This document shows, piece after piece, positions 32,329 through 41,431 of a stretch of DNA of 64,000 nucleotides. Origin of the DNA: a virus (lineage: Duplodnaviria; Caudoviricetes); the IMG/VR virus record IMGVR_UViG_3300048920_000114, positions 7,769 through 71,768 of that record. One strand, written 5' to 3'. The notes beneath the pieces are model-generated. The model was not told the DNA's origin, ran no database searches, and saw only the letters and a list, made by a program, of their open reading frames with translations. A program made the translations under genes and the position numbers. Position 1 is the first letter of the stretch. Every line of letters begins with the position of its first letter.

Positions 32329-33851
32329 TGCTGCACCGATGGTCGGACCCGGACTACAGCGATATCAACAACACCGTCCGTCGCTGCACCCGCGTGGGGT
32401 GCACGATGCTGAAGATCACCCGGCACGAGCCCGACAACTACATGCAGCCGCACTGGCTCGTGTGGGACAGACAGGACGGCAGGGGACAGTTTAATTCCGA
32501 GCATGTGCCGGAATGCACGGGCGCGGCCGCGCCCAAGAAGGAGAGAAAAGTCGTGGCTAAAGCAGCAGCACCAAAGAAGACGGCGGAAGCGCCGAAGGAC
32601 GATCACCCCTACCGCCTGGTGGCGATGCGGGTCGAGAACTTCCGCAAGTTGAAGGCGGTCCACGTCACGCCGACAGGCGCGATCGTGAAGGTCTCCGGAC
32701 GCAACGAACAGGGCAAGAGCGCGCTCCTCGACTCGGTCTACGCGGCGATCGGCGGGAAGAAGTTCTTTCCTGCCACGCCGGTCCGTGAGGGAGAGGAGAG
32801 GGCCGAGATCATGCTCGACTTCGGTGGTCTGAAGCTGACGCGCACGATCTGGAACAAGGAGGGCGGCGGCGTCGACCACAAGGTCGTGTTGCAGTACGCC
32901 GATGGCAAGCGCCCGAAGCAGGCCCAGGACGTGCTGAACGAGCTGCTCGGATCTCCGATCGCCGACGACCCACTGGCGTTCTCGAAGATGAAGTCGAAAG
33001 AGCAGTACGAGCTGCTCAAGAAACTTGTTCCAGGGATCGACTTCGATGCCCACGAGGAGAAGCGCAAGGAGCTCTACGAGAGGCGAACGCAGGTCGGTCG
33101 AGACAGGGACCGCGCTGCAGGTGCCGCCGACTCCATCGAGGTGCCGGTCGGCGCCAAAGAGGAGACGGTCGACGTCACCGAGCTGGCCTCGGAGCTCGGC
33201 AAGGTCGGCGCCTTCAACGCGGAGATCGAGCGACGCAGGGAGGCCCGCGAACAGGCGGCCGAGAAGATCTCGAACAACCTCGACGAGATCGACAGGCTGG
33301 AGGCCACGATCAAGCAACTGAAGACCGACACCGCCGCGCTGGAGATCAAACTCAAGAACGCCGAACCACTGCCCGAGCCGATGGACGCCGAGGCCATCGA
33401 GCAGCAGATCGCCGACGCCGACGCGATCAACGCCGGCGCCCGTGCGCTCTCTGACAGGAAGGCGAAAATAAAGGAGCGCGACGAGGCGGAGAAGCTCTAC
33501 GCCGAACTGTCCAACGAGATCGATGACATGGACAAAGACAAGCGCGACGCGATCGCCGAGGCGAAGCTCCCGGTCAAGGGACTCGACTTCGGCGACGACG
33601 AGATTCTGCTCGACGGGCTGCCGTTCAGCGACGCCTCGACCGCGCGCAAGATCCGCACGGCCACCGCGCTGCTGATGGCGATGAAGCCCGAGCTGCGCGT
33701 GCTGCTGGTCCGGGAAGGGTCGCTCCTGGACGACGACGCGCGCGACGCGCTCGAGGCCGACGCCAAGGAGCACGGGTTCGTGGTCCTGATGGAATGTGTC
33801 GGTACCGGGGACGCGTCGGGGATCGTCATCGAGGACGGGGAGGTCGTCTAA
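32328..33851 (+). CDS. SbcC/Rad50-like coiled-coil ABC ATPase (alternative start GTG 32553)
   Basis: VENFRKL, Walker A GRNEQGKS, long coiled coil, FSDAS signature, VLLVREGSLLD. Confidence 0.85.
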   Translation: MLHRWSDPDYSDINNTVRRCTRVGCTMLKITRHEPDNYMQPHWLVWDRQDGRGQFNSEHVPECTGAAAPKKERKVVAKAAAPKKTAEAPKDDHPYRLVAMRVENFRKLKAVHVTPTGAIVKVSGRNEQGKSALLDSVYAAIGGKKFFPATPVREGEERAEIMLDFGGLKLTRTIWNKEGGGVDHKVVLQYADGKRPKQAQDVLNELLGSPIADDPLAFSKMKSKEQYELLKKLVPGIDFDAHEEKRKELYERRTQVGRDRDRAAGAADSIEVPVGAKEETVDVTELASELGKVGAFNAEIERRREAREQAAEKISNNLDEIDRLEATIKQLKTDTAALEIKLKNAEPLPEPMDAEAIEQQIADADAINAGARALSDRKAKIKERDEAEKLYAELSNEIDDMDKDKRDAIAEAKLPVKGLDFGDDEILLDGLPFSDASTARKIRTATALLMAMKPELRVLLVREGSLLDDDARDALEADAKEHGFVVLMECVGTGDASGIVIEDGEVV

Positions 33852-34069
33852 TGGAGCCGGAAGCTATCGATTTCTTCGGGAGGATGGTCGAGGACAAAAC
33901 AGACATGGAGCAGCAGCAAGGCTCCGCGTCGACCATGGCGATGCTTTCCATCGCCGTCAGCATGAAGCGCATCGCCGACGCCGTGACCCACGCACCTGAC
34001 GGGCCGGCCTACAACCTGTACGACTTCATCAAGCGCCTGACGGAAACAGTAGAAGGAAGACACCAGTGA
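33851..34069 (+). CDS. Hypothetical protein
   Basis: TAATG-coupled. Confidence 0.6.
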   Translation: MEPEAIDFFGRMVEDKTDMEQQQGSASTMAMLSIAVSMKRIADAVTHAPDGPAYNLYDFIKRLTETVEGRHQ

Positions 34070-34329
34070 CCGTGAGAAAGAAACCGAACCGGGACTTCGT
34101 CCCCTTCAAGATCGAGCCGGGGGACGACCTGATCCTTCAGAAGATCCCGGCGCAGTACCGGGACGCCCTGTCCGCGGTCAGCGACCACGGGCTCGGACTT
34201 CGATACGAGGCCGCCGCCGCGCATCTGGGCGTGTCGATCGGCACGGTCAAAAGCCGGGTCAGCCGGGCGAAGGACATGGTCCGCGTCGCGCGGGCCCAGG
34301 AGCAGCTCGACAAAGAGATCGTCGAGTAA
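34066..34329 (+). CDS. Stand-alone ECF sigma region-4 HTH protein
   Basis: IPAQYRDAL...YEAAAAHLGVSIGTVKSRVSRAK. Confidence 0.8.
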   Translation: MTVRKKPNRDFVPFKIEPGDDLILQKIPAQYRDALSAVSDHGLGLRYEAAAAHLGVSIGTVKSRVSRAKDMVRVARAQEQLDKEIVE

Positions 34330-34412
34330 CCTGGGGACGGCGCCGGCCGGGACGTGGCGAATCGTCCCGGCCGGATCTACCAGCCCGACCCGGTCGAACA
34401 GGGGAGGGTTGC

Positions 34413-34604
34413 GTGCGAGAGACGATCCAAGAGATCTGCGACGCCATCAACGGCGAAGCGGGAGACGTGAACCAGAAGCTCGCCATGATCGGCGCGGTCC
34501 TCGAAACCATCGTGGTGAACGAGGTCCGGACAGAGTTTCGCGCGCAGGCCGTCGACAAGTTCTGCGGAATCGTCCGCGACAGGATCGGCGCCACGCTCAA
34601 CTGA
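34413..34604 (+). CDS. Hypothetical protein
   Basis: RBS ggggagg. Confidence 0.6.
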   Translation: MRETIQEICDAINGEAGDVNQKLAMIGAVLETIVVNEVRTEFRAQAVDKFCGIVRDRIGATLN

Positions 34605-34614
34605 GGGAAAGATC

Positions 34615-34887
34615 GTGAAGAAGAAGAAACCAGCCGCCGTCGAGGCGTCGCCCGAGGATCTCGCGGCGACGCGCAAGCAGATACAGGACACGGCGATGTT
34701 CATGGCTGACATGATCCAGCGCAGCCCGCCGACCGTGCAGACGTCCAGCGCCGCCGTTCTGCTGTCCTCCCTGATCGTCATCAACGTCAGACCGGACAAG
34801 CGCCTGAAGGTCCTGGAAGGGTTCATCGCCGACATCAGGCGCCACATCATCCAGGCCAACTCCAAGAAGCAGGGCGCCGCGCAGTGA
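34615..34887 (+). CDS. Hypothetical protein
   Basis: ORF track. Confidence 0.6.
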   Translation: MKKKKPAAVEASPEDLAATRKQIQDTAMFMADMIQRSPPTVQTSSAAVLLSSLIVINVRPDKRLKVLEGFIADIRRHIIQANSKKQGAAQ

Positions 34888-35096
34888 AGAAACCGGTCAC
34901 CAACGCCGACGTCGGCAAGAAGCTTCGCGCAGCGCGCGACAAGGCGAACCTCACGCAGCCCCAGGTGGGTGAGGCCTGCGGCGTCACCGCCCAGGCGGTC
35001 GCGAAATACGAGAAGGGCACGAGCGGCCTGACCGTCATGATGCTCTACAAGCTGGCCGGCGCGGTCGGCGTCAACCCGAAGGAGCTGCTGCCATGA
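34884..35096 (+). CDS. XRE/Cro-C1 HTH transcriptional regulator
   Basis: VGKKLRAARDKANLTQPQVGEACGVTAQAVAKYEKG. Confidence 0.88.
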   Translation: MKKPVTNADVGKKLRAARDKANLTQPQVGEACGVTAQAVAKYEKGTSGLTVMMLYKLAGAVGVNPKELLP

Positions 35097-35413
35097 CTCG
35101 CAACGACCGTGTGATGGAGAGCGGAATGACCGAAGCAGAGCGCCAGATCGTGAACCGAGCTATCGGCCGCATCTTCATGATGGCATCGAGGCCCGAGAAG
35201 CCAGACGACGCGCTTGAATACGAACGTTGCCGCAAAGTCATCATGACCATTGCGGAGGAGACGGTGATTGACGTTCCAGAGCAATACTATCCTGGGGACG
35301 GATTTTATCCGCTTCGGATTGAGCTCGCATATGTGGAGCGGCTGCATTCCGAGAGACAGCGCAAAGCTCGCCGCAGGGCAACGCTCACGGTCAAAAAAGA
35401 GGAAACCCCATGA
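35093..35413 (+). CDS. Hypothetical protein
   Basis: ORF track; coupled. Confidence 0.55.
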   Translation: MTRNDRVMESGMTEAERQIVNRAIGRIFMMASRPEKPDDALEYERCRKVIMTIAEETVIDVPEQYYPGDGFYPLRIELAYVERLHSERQRKARRRATLTVKKEETP

Positions 35414-35610
35414 GACAGAACAACGAAGGGATCGCGGTCGGCGGTCCATGCGACGGCGAGGAGCTGCACTACTGGAAGCAGGTCCTGCCCATCTCCGAAC
35501 TCGGCGCTGCGCGTCCGTTCTCCGACGCGATCGCGCGCAAGGCGACGCCGTCGTTCGGTCCAGGGCACTACGAGTTCTCGAACGACAAGTGGATCTGGCT
35601 AAGAGGTTGA
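35410..35610 (+). CDS. Hypothetical protein
   Basis: VGGPCDGE motif; coupled. Confidence 0.6.
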   Translation: MRQNNEGIAVGGPCDGEELHYWKQVLPISELGAARPFSDAIARKATPSFGPGHYEFSNDKWIWLRG

Positions 35611-35625
35611 AATCTCGTTTCGGGG

Positions 35626-35653
35626 CTGGCCACCCCTAAACAGATCGTATAGG
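35626..35653 (+). promoter_or_regulatory. Early promoter/operator motif (second copy)
   Basis: CTGGCCACCCCTAAACAGATCGTATAGG upstream of the recombination genes. Confidence 0.65.
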
Positions 35654-35689
35654 ACCGACGACGGTCGAACCGTTCACACACTGGAGAGA

Positions 35690-36754
35690 ATGATGCCCAA
35701 AGCAGCATCCGCGACGCTTGCCGACAAGTCACTGACCGCCACAGATCCGCGGGAGCTTAAGCTTCCCGACGGGATCTACTTCGGCCTCGACGAGGTCCGG
35801 TACCACGCCGACTCGGCGCTCGGTTCCAGCAACATCCGGGACCTTCTGAAGGGCGCGAACCTCTACTGGTTCAAGTCGTGGATGAACCCGAAGAAGCCGA
35901 AGGACAAGAAGACCCCGTCCAAGATCCTCGGCTCGGCCACCCACAAGCTGCTGCTCGAAGGGTTCAAGGCTTACAGCGCGATCTACCTGCGCGGTCCCTA
36001 CACATCCGAGGACGACCACCTGTCGCCCGCCGACAAATCGGCCCTGACGAAGGAGGCGAAGAAGAAGCTGCTCGAAGGACAGGAGCTTCTCCCCGCCGAC
36101 GACTACGACTTCGTCATGAACTGCAAGGACGTCCTCGACGCCGACCCGGAGCTCGCCGGCTGTCTCGACAACGGCCCGAGCGAGGTATCCGTCTTCTGGA
36201 CCCGCCCGGACGGCGTGCGCTGCAAGGTGCGCTTCGACAAGCTGAAGATCGGCGGCATCGGCGACATCAAGACCATCGCCAACGAGCGCGAGCGCGACCT
36301 GGAGGTCGCCTGCATGCTCGACATCCACACCTACCGCTACGACATCCCCGCCGAGCATTACAGCGAGGGGCGCCGTCAGATGGGCGCGCTTCTGAAGGCC
36401 GGGAAAGTGTTCGCCGGCGACGAGCACGGGCCGCTGTCTGACAAGAACGACGGCGAGAAAACGATGCTGGAGTTTCTCGCCAAGTGCGTCGAGCAGAAAC
36501 GCTGGGGCTTCCAGTTCGTGTTCATCCCGAAGACGGGCGCTCCCGACGCGTGGTCGACCGTCATCACCCCGCACCCGGAGAATCCGTTCACGCGCGGCGC
36601 CCGGATGGACATCGAGACCGCGATCGGTCGCTACAAGACCTTCCGCGAGAAGTTCGGCACGACGACGCGCTGGCTCCCGCACAAGCCCGTCGAGGAGCTC
36701 GACATCAACCGCATGCCGTTCGGCTTCGGTCGGGTCACGGGCAATGGCGGGTAA
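35690..36754 (+). CDS. RecE/exonuclease VIII-like PD-(D/E)xK nuclease (DUF3799-like)
   Basis: YHADSALGSS...GSATHKLLLE...EVSVFW...CKVRFDKL...DIKT. Confidence 0.85.
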   Translation: MMPKAASATLADKSLTATDPRELKLPDGIYFGLDEVRYHADSALGSSNIRDLLKGANLYWFKSWMNPKKPKDKKTPSKILGSATHKLLLEGFKAYSAIYLRGPYTSEDDHLSPADKSALTKEAKKKLLEGQELLPADDYDFVMNCKDVLDADPELAGCLDNGPSEVSVFWTRPDGVRCKVRFDKLKIGGIGDIKTIANERERDLEVACMLDIHTYRYDIPAEHYSEGRRQMGALLKAGKVFAGDEHGPLSDKNDGEKTMLEFLAKCVEQKRWGFQFVFIPKTGAPDAWSTVITPHPENPFTRGARMDIETAIGRYKTFREKFGTTTRWLPHKPVEELDINRMPFGFGRVTGNGG

Positions 36755-37010
36755 CGCCTGCTGCCGGGTCTGCGCCAAGTTCGCAGCCCCGGCCTCTTGC
36801 GAGACGATCGACGCCGGGCCGGTGTGCGTGAACTGCAGCGGTACCGACGCCGACGTGAAGGAGGCCATCTCCCGGGCCTCCGAACAGCTTTCGATGCTGA
36901 CCGGATACAGGATCTCCTGCGCGGTCAGGATCGCCAAAGGAGCCCAGCTCCGCAGACGCGTCCGCCTCGGTCTGATACCGAGGCCGGCGAACAGAAAGAG
37001 TTCCGCGTAG
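36744..37010 (+). CDS. Small zinc-finger protein
   Basis: CRVC...CVNC. Confidence 0.5.
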   Translation: MAGNACCRVCAKFAAPASCETIDAGPVCVNCSGTDADVKEAISRASEQLSMLTGYRISCAVRIAKGAQLRRRVRLGLIPRPANRKSSA

Positions 37011-37106
37011 CGCGCTGCGCGGGGCCGAGGGTGGGGAGCGTCCGAGTAGGCCCGGACAGACGAGCATCTCCACCGCTTTTTTTGAACCCACGACGGAGGA
37101 AACATC

Positions 37107-38603
37107 GTGAACCAGTACAACGACGAAGGCAGCACCATCGACAACGACACCGGCGAGGTCGTCGCGGTCGAGCCCACTGGCGGCCTGCAGCCCGTCATCA
37201 CCGCCGAGATCAACCAGGCCGTGGCGACGGCCCACAAATACCCGCGCCGCCCCGACAAGGCGATCATCAACGAGATCCTGGGCAGGGCGACGCTCGACGA
37301 GGAGATCGCCGCGGAGTGCAGCTACACGCTGAAGCGCGGCAACAAGAACATCAGCGGTCCCAGCATCAGGTTCGCCGAGATCGTCCGCGCCTCCTACGGC
37401 AACATCCGGGTGGCTTCGCGCTTCGTCGCGCTCGACATGGCTGACCCCGAGCGCGCGGCAGTGATCGTCGAGGCTGTGGCGCTCGATCTGGAGATGAACC
37501 AGTCCGAGATCATCCCTAACCGCCGCAGCATCATGACATCCGGGACGAACGGTCGGAAGCCGCAGATCTATTCTGCCGACATGATCAACATGACCGTGAA
37601 CGCAGCGTCGTCGATCGCGCGTCGCAACGCGATCCTGTCCGTGGTCCCGAAGGTCCTCTGGCAGACGGGCTACCAGCGCGTCCTGAAGGTCCTGATGGGC
37701 AACGCCGACACGCTGATCCAACGCCGCGAGAAGATGATTGATGCCTTCAGCCGGTTCGACGTCACGCCCGAGATGCTGTTCCAGGCGATCGGAGTAGGCA
37801 ACGTCACCGAGATCAAGGTCGACCACATGCCGACGATGATCGGGATGCTCACGGCGATCAAGGAGGGAGAGCAGGTCGACTTCGTTCTTGAACGGCGTGG
37901 CATGACCGAGACGCCGAAGCACGAGGTCGTCAAGAACCCGCTGAAGGATCAGCCCGAGACCAAGGACACCAAGACGAGCATCGAAAAGCTCGCGTCCAGC
38001 GACGAGCGCAAGAACCCGGACGATTCCTACCATGGTAACACCGAGGCGTTCGCGGCGGCCGACCTCGTCATCAGCCGATCAGGGAAGGTCCTGAAAAGCC
38101 TCGGAGACCGTCGCCCTGAGCACATCGTCGATCAACGATTTGAAGCAAACGACGACATCTTCACCTCGTTCGACGAGTGGACCGGGATCTGCACCTCGAA
38201 CCAGATGACCACCGAGTTCGGCCTGAAGTGGCTGGAACCCAAGGCATCCGTGAACGAGGACAACAGCCAGCGTTCGCAGGGCGGGGAACCTGACGGAGAC
38301 GAAGGCCCTGCGGAGCCCGCTAGCAACGCTGCGCCATCGACCGCCACGCAACAGCCCGCTCGGGAAAACAACGCGCCCAGCAGGCCGGCTGCGAGCCGTG
38401 GCACCGAAAAACCGACGTTCGAAGGCGACGAAGCCTACATGAGCTACATGCGGGACATCTTCGACCGCGCGACGAGCCGTTCGGCGATCAACGAGCCGTG
38501 GGGAAGCACCCGCGACGATCGCCGGGAACTCCTGAGCGTCGACCAGATCGATGCCCTGACCAAGGACCGCGACGCGGCCCTGAAGCGGTTCGCCAAGGCC
38601 TGA
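37107..38603 (+). CDS. Putative single-strand annealing recombinase
   Basis: AEINQAVATAHKYPR...SYTLKRG...GPSIRFAE...YGNI; next to a RecE-like nuclease (the function is inferred from this context). Confidence 0.6.
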   Translation: MNQYNDEGSTIDNDTGEVVAVEPTGGLQPVITAEINQAVATAHKYPRRPDKAIINEILGRATLDEEIAAECSYTLKRGNKNISGPSIRFAEIVRASYGNIRVASRFVALDMADPERAAVIVEAVALDLEMNQSEIIPNRRSIMTSGTNGRKPQIYSADMINMTVNAASSIARRNAILSVVPKVLWQTGYQRVLKVLMGNADTLIQRREKMIDAFSRFDVTPEMLFQAIGVGNVTEIKVDHMPTMIGMLTAIKEGEQVDFVLERRGMTETPKHEVVKNPLKDQPETKDTKTSIEKLASSDERKNPDDSYHGNTEAFAAADLVISRSGKVLKSLGDRRPEHIVDQRFEANDDIFTSFDEWTGICTSNQMTTEFGLKWLEPKASVNEDNSQRSQGGEPDGDEGPAEPASNAAPSTATQQPARENNAPSRPAASRGTEKPTFEGDEAYMSYMRDIFDRATSRSAINEPWGSTRDDRRELLSVDQIDALTKDRDAALKRFAKA

Positions 38604-38606
38604 GCC

Positions 38607-38780
38607 ATGCTGATCCCGTTCCTCCGATACATGGGCACCGTGTGCCTGATCGGCGCCGTCGTCAGCGTGGAAGCGCAGATGATCGTCGCCGCCATAACGC
38701 CGCCGCAGCGGGAGCCCTTCCGCTGCTTCGAGAACTGGCCATCGAAGGCCGACTGGTGTCCGAAGGTGAGGGTCGGCTGA
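38607..38780 (+). CDS. Small membrane/secreted protein (57 aa)
   Basis: Manual translation MLIPFLRYMGTVCLIGAVVSV... Confidence 0.5.
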   Translation: MLIPFLRYMGTVCLIGAVVSVEAQMIVAAITPPQREPFRCFENWPSKADWCPKVRVG

Positions 38781-39091
38781 TGCCTTTCACGATGGACAGG
38801 AAAGCCCTCGGCACGCTCCGACAGAGGATGCAGTCCCTGCTGCACGACCCCGCTGTCCCGAGCAAATACTCGACGGACATCTCGACCGTCATGGGCTACC
38901 TCGACGGCGTCGCGTCCGAGATGCGCCGCGAGGCGATCTTCAAGGCCGGTGCGGAGACGGAGATCCTTCAGTCCGGCGAGATCCTGTTCGAGGGACATCC
39001 GCTCGGCAGCATGGAGCGATGCACCTTCTACGACGGTCACGAGTCGACGCACCCGAAGTTCAAGAACCCCTACCGACACGAGCGACGCTGA
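38780..39091 (+). CDS. Hypothetical protein
   Basis: MPFTMDRKAL..., TGATG-coupled. Confidence 0.6.
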   Translation: MPFTMDRKALGTLRQRMQSLLHDPAVPSKYSTDISTVMGYLDGVASEMRREAIFKAGAETEILQSGEILFEGHPLGSMERCTFYDGHESTHPKFKNPYRHERR

Positions 39092-40311
39092 TGGAATGGT
39101 CCCCGCAACAGGACATGGCGCTCGAAGCCGTCCGCAAGTGGCTCGGGCCCGGGAAGTGGGTCGACGACAACTTCACGGGAAGCCGTCAGATCTTCCGGCT
39201 GTTCGGCTATGCCGGCACGGGCAAGACGACGCTCGCGATCGAGATGGCGAAGATGGTCGACGGGGAGGTCCTGTTCGGCGCCTTCACCGGGAAAGCCGCG
39301 CTCGTCATGCGCAAGAAGGGTTGCCACGGCGCGTCGACCCTTCACTCGCTGATCTACAAACCGCGGCGCAAACACCGGGATGACGACGACCACCATGAGG
39401 GCGACATGCCGGCGTGGGAGTTGAACCCGGAGAGCCCGGTCAAGGGCGCGTCCCTGCTGATCGTCGACGAGTGTTCGATGGTCGGCGAGGAGCTCGCGCG
39501 CGACGTCCTGTCGTTCGGAACGCCGGTCCTCGTCCTGGGCGACCCCGCGCAGCTTCCGCCCGTGTCCGGCGCCGGCTACTTCACCGACGCGAAGCCCGAC
39601 GTGATGCTGACCGAGATCCACCGCCAGGCGGCGGAGAACCCGATCGTGCGCATCGCCACTGACATCCGGACGGGCGTCGGCGTGCGGGTAGGAAACCACG
39701 TCGGGCCGACGAAGGGGACCGGCGTCTCCATCATCACGCGCGACAGGCTGTTGCGCAGGACCGAGATGGGCGCGGGACAGATCCTCTGCGGCAAGAACGA
39801 CACCCGGGTCGGGATCAACAAGCGTATGCGCCAGCGGCTGCGCGAAGACGGTCTGTTGCCGAAGGGTGATCATCTACCCGTCGTCGGCGATCGCGTCATC
39901 TGCCTGAAGAACAAGCGCGAGAGCGGGCTTCTGAACGGCGGGATGTGGAACGTGATCGACGTCCTGGACAAGATGCCCGACGCCAAGCGCGGGCGCAAAG
40001 GCATGTCCTACCTGGAGATCGACTCGCTCGACGACATGGGCTTGAACTACGCCAAGGTCCCGCAGGCGTTCTGGTACTGGAACAACAAGCTCGCCGACCT
40101 GAACATCCCCGAGGGGATCTCGCGCAAGGACAACGACGAGTTCGACTACGCCTACGCCGTCACCTGTCACAAATCGCAGGGCTCGCAGTGGGACAAGGTC
40201 CTCGTCTTTGACGAGAGCCAAGTCTTCGGCCGGGACGACGACAGCATCCCGGCCCGCTGGCTCTACACCGCCGCCACCCGCGCCGCCGAGGCGCTCGTCA
40301 TCGTTCTTTGA
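39091..40311 (+). CDS. SF1B RecD/Dda-like ATP-dependent helicase
   Basis: GYAGTGKTT, VDECSMV, GDPAQLPPV, LTEIHRQ, AVTCHKSQGSQW, YTAATRA. Confidence 0.92.
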   Translation: MEWSPQQDMALEAVRKWLGPGKWVDDNFTGSRQIFRLFGYAGTGKTTLAIEMAKMVDGEVLFGAFTGKAALVMRKKGCHGASTLHSLIYKPRRKHRDDDDHHEGDMPAWELNPESPVKGASLLIVDECSMVGEELARDVLSFGTPVLVLGDPAQLPPVSGAGYFTDAKPDVMLTEIHRQAAENPIVRIATDIRTGVGVRVGNHVGPTKGTGVSIITRDRLLRRTEMGAGQILCGKNDTRVGINKRMRQRLREDGLLPKGDHLPVVGDRVICLKNKRESGLLNGGMWNVIDVLDKMPDAKRGRKGMSYLEIDSLDDMGLNYAKVPQAFWYWNNKLADLNIPEGISRKDNDEFDYAYAVTCHKSQGSQWDKVLVFDESQVFGRDDDSIPARWLYTAATRAAEALVIVL

Positions 40312-40323
40312 AGGAGGAAAGTC

Positions 40324-40683
40324 GTGAGAGAGAAAAAGACCTATCCCGTCGCAAGCATGGAACAGCTTCTCAACGCGGACGACCGCACGAACACGGCCGC
40401 GCGAAGCCTGCTCAACATGACGGCCAACCTGACGAAGGCCGCCGTCGCCCTGGAGACGATCCTCGCCGGCCCTGACGCCGCCCCTGAGGATCTGTCCGAC
40501 GCCCTGCTGGCAGCAATGATCGCCGGGATCACCTCGTTCGCTGCCGCCGGCGCGTCTACGCGCGGGAAACTGTTCGACGCCGACGAGTTCGCCGAGTTTG
40601 CTCGCAGGATCGCCGGGGAGACCGCCGCCATGCAGGAGGAGGTCGAGGCGGACGTCGCAGCGGCGAAGGCGACCGCGTCGTGA
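40324..40683 (+). CDS. Hypothetical protein
   Basis: RBS aggagg. Confidence 0.65.
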   Translation: MREKKTYPVASMEQLLNADDRTNTAARSLLNMTANLTKAAVALETILAGPDAAPEDLSDALLAAMIAGITSFAAAGASTRGKLFDADEFAEFARRIAGETAAMQEEVEADVAAAKATAS

Positions 40684-41417
40684 AGATCCGGTGCATAGAC
40701 ACAGAAACGACGGGCGTCCCGTCCGACGAGGAGACCGGCCACGCGCTGGTCGAGATCGGATGGTGCGACCTGTCCGAGGCCAGCACTATCGACGGCACCG
40801 ACTACGTCGTCGGCGAGCAGGCCGGCGAGCTGGTGAACCCCGGCAGGCCCATCCCCGTCCAGGCGCGCGCGGTCCACCATATCAGCGACGAGGACGTCCA
40901 GGACGCGATCCACCCGGACGAGGCCTGCATGATCCTGAACGACGGCGACCACACGCATTGCTGCGCCCACAACATCGACTTCGAGAAGAAGTTCGTCGGG
41001 ATCGGTGATCGCAAGTGGCTCTGCACGTACAAGACCGCGCTTCGCCTCTGGCCCGACGCGCCCGGCCACAAGCTGGGCGAACTGATGTATTTCCTCGAGA
41101 TCGACAAGGAGCCTGACTTCGTCAAGGAGAAGGCGTTCCCCGCGCACCGGGCGCCGCCCGACGCCTACCTCTGCGCGTTCGTCCTGCGCAAGATCCTGCG
41201 CACGCACGACGACGTCGAGGAGTTGATCCGCTGGTCGAACGGACCCGCGCTTCTCTACATGTGCTTCATGAAGAAACACAAAAACAAACCGTGGGCGACC
41301 GTCGCCCGCGAGGACCGCCCCTACCTCGTCTGGATCTACGAACAGTCCGACGTTAAAGACCGCGACATCCGCGCCACGGTCAAATACTGGCTCAACCTGA
41401 CCGCTCAAAACACCTGA
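40680..41417 (+). CDS. DEDDh 3'-5' exonuclease (ExoX-like)
   Basis: IDTETTG, AHNIDFE, AHRAPPDAY. Confidence 0.9.
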   Translation: MKIRCIDTETTGVPSDEETGHALVEIGWCDLSEASTIDGTDYVVGEQAGELVNPGRPIPVQARAVHHISDEDVQDAIHPDEACMILNDGDHTHCCAHNIDFEKKFVGIGDRKWLCTYKTALRLWPDAPGHKLGELMYFLEIDKEPDFVKEKAFPAHRAPPDAYLCAFVLRKILRTHDDVEELIRWSNGPALLYMCFMKKHKNKPWATVAREDRPYLVWIYEQSDVKDRDIRATVKYWLNLTAQNT

Positions 41418-41431
41418 AGGAGAGAACACCT

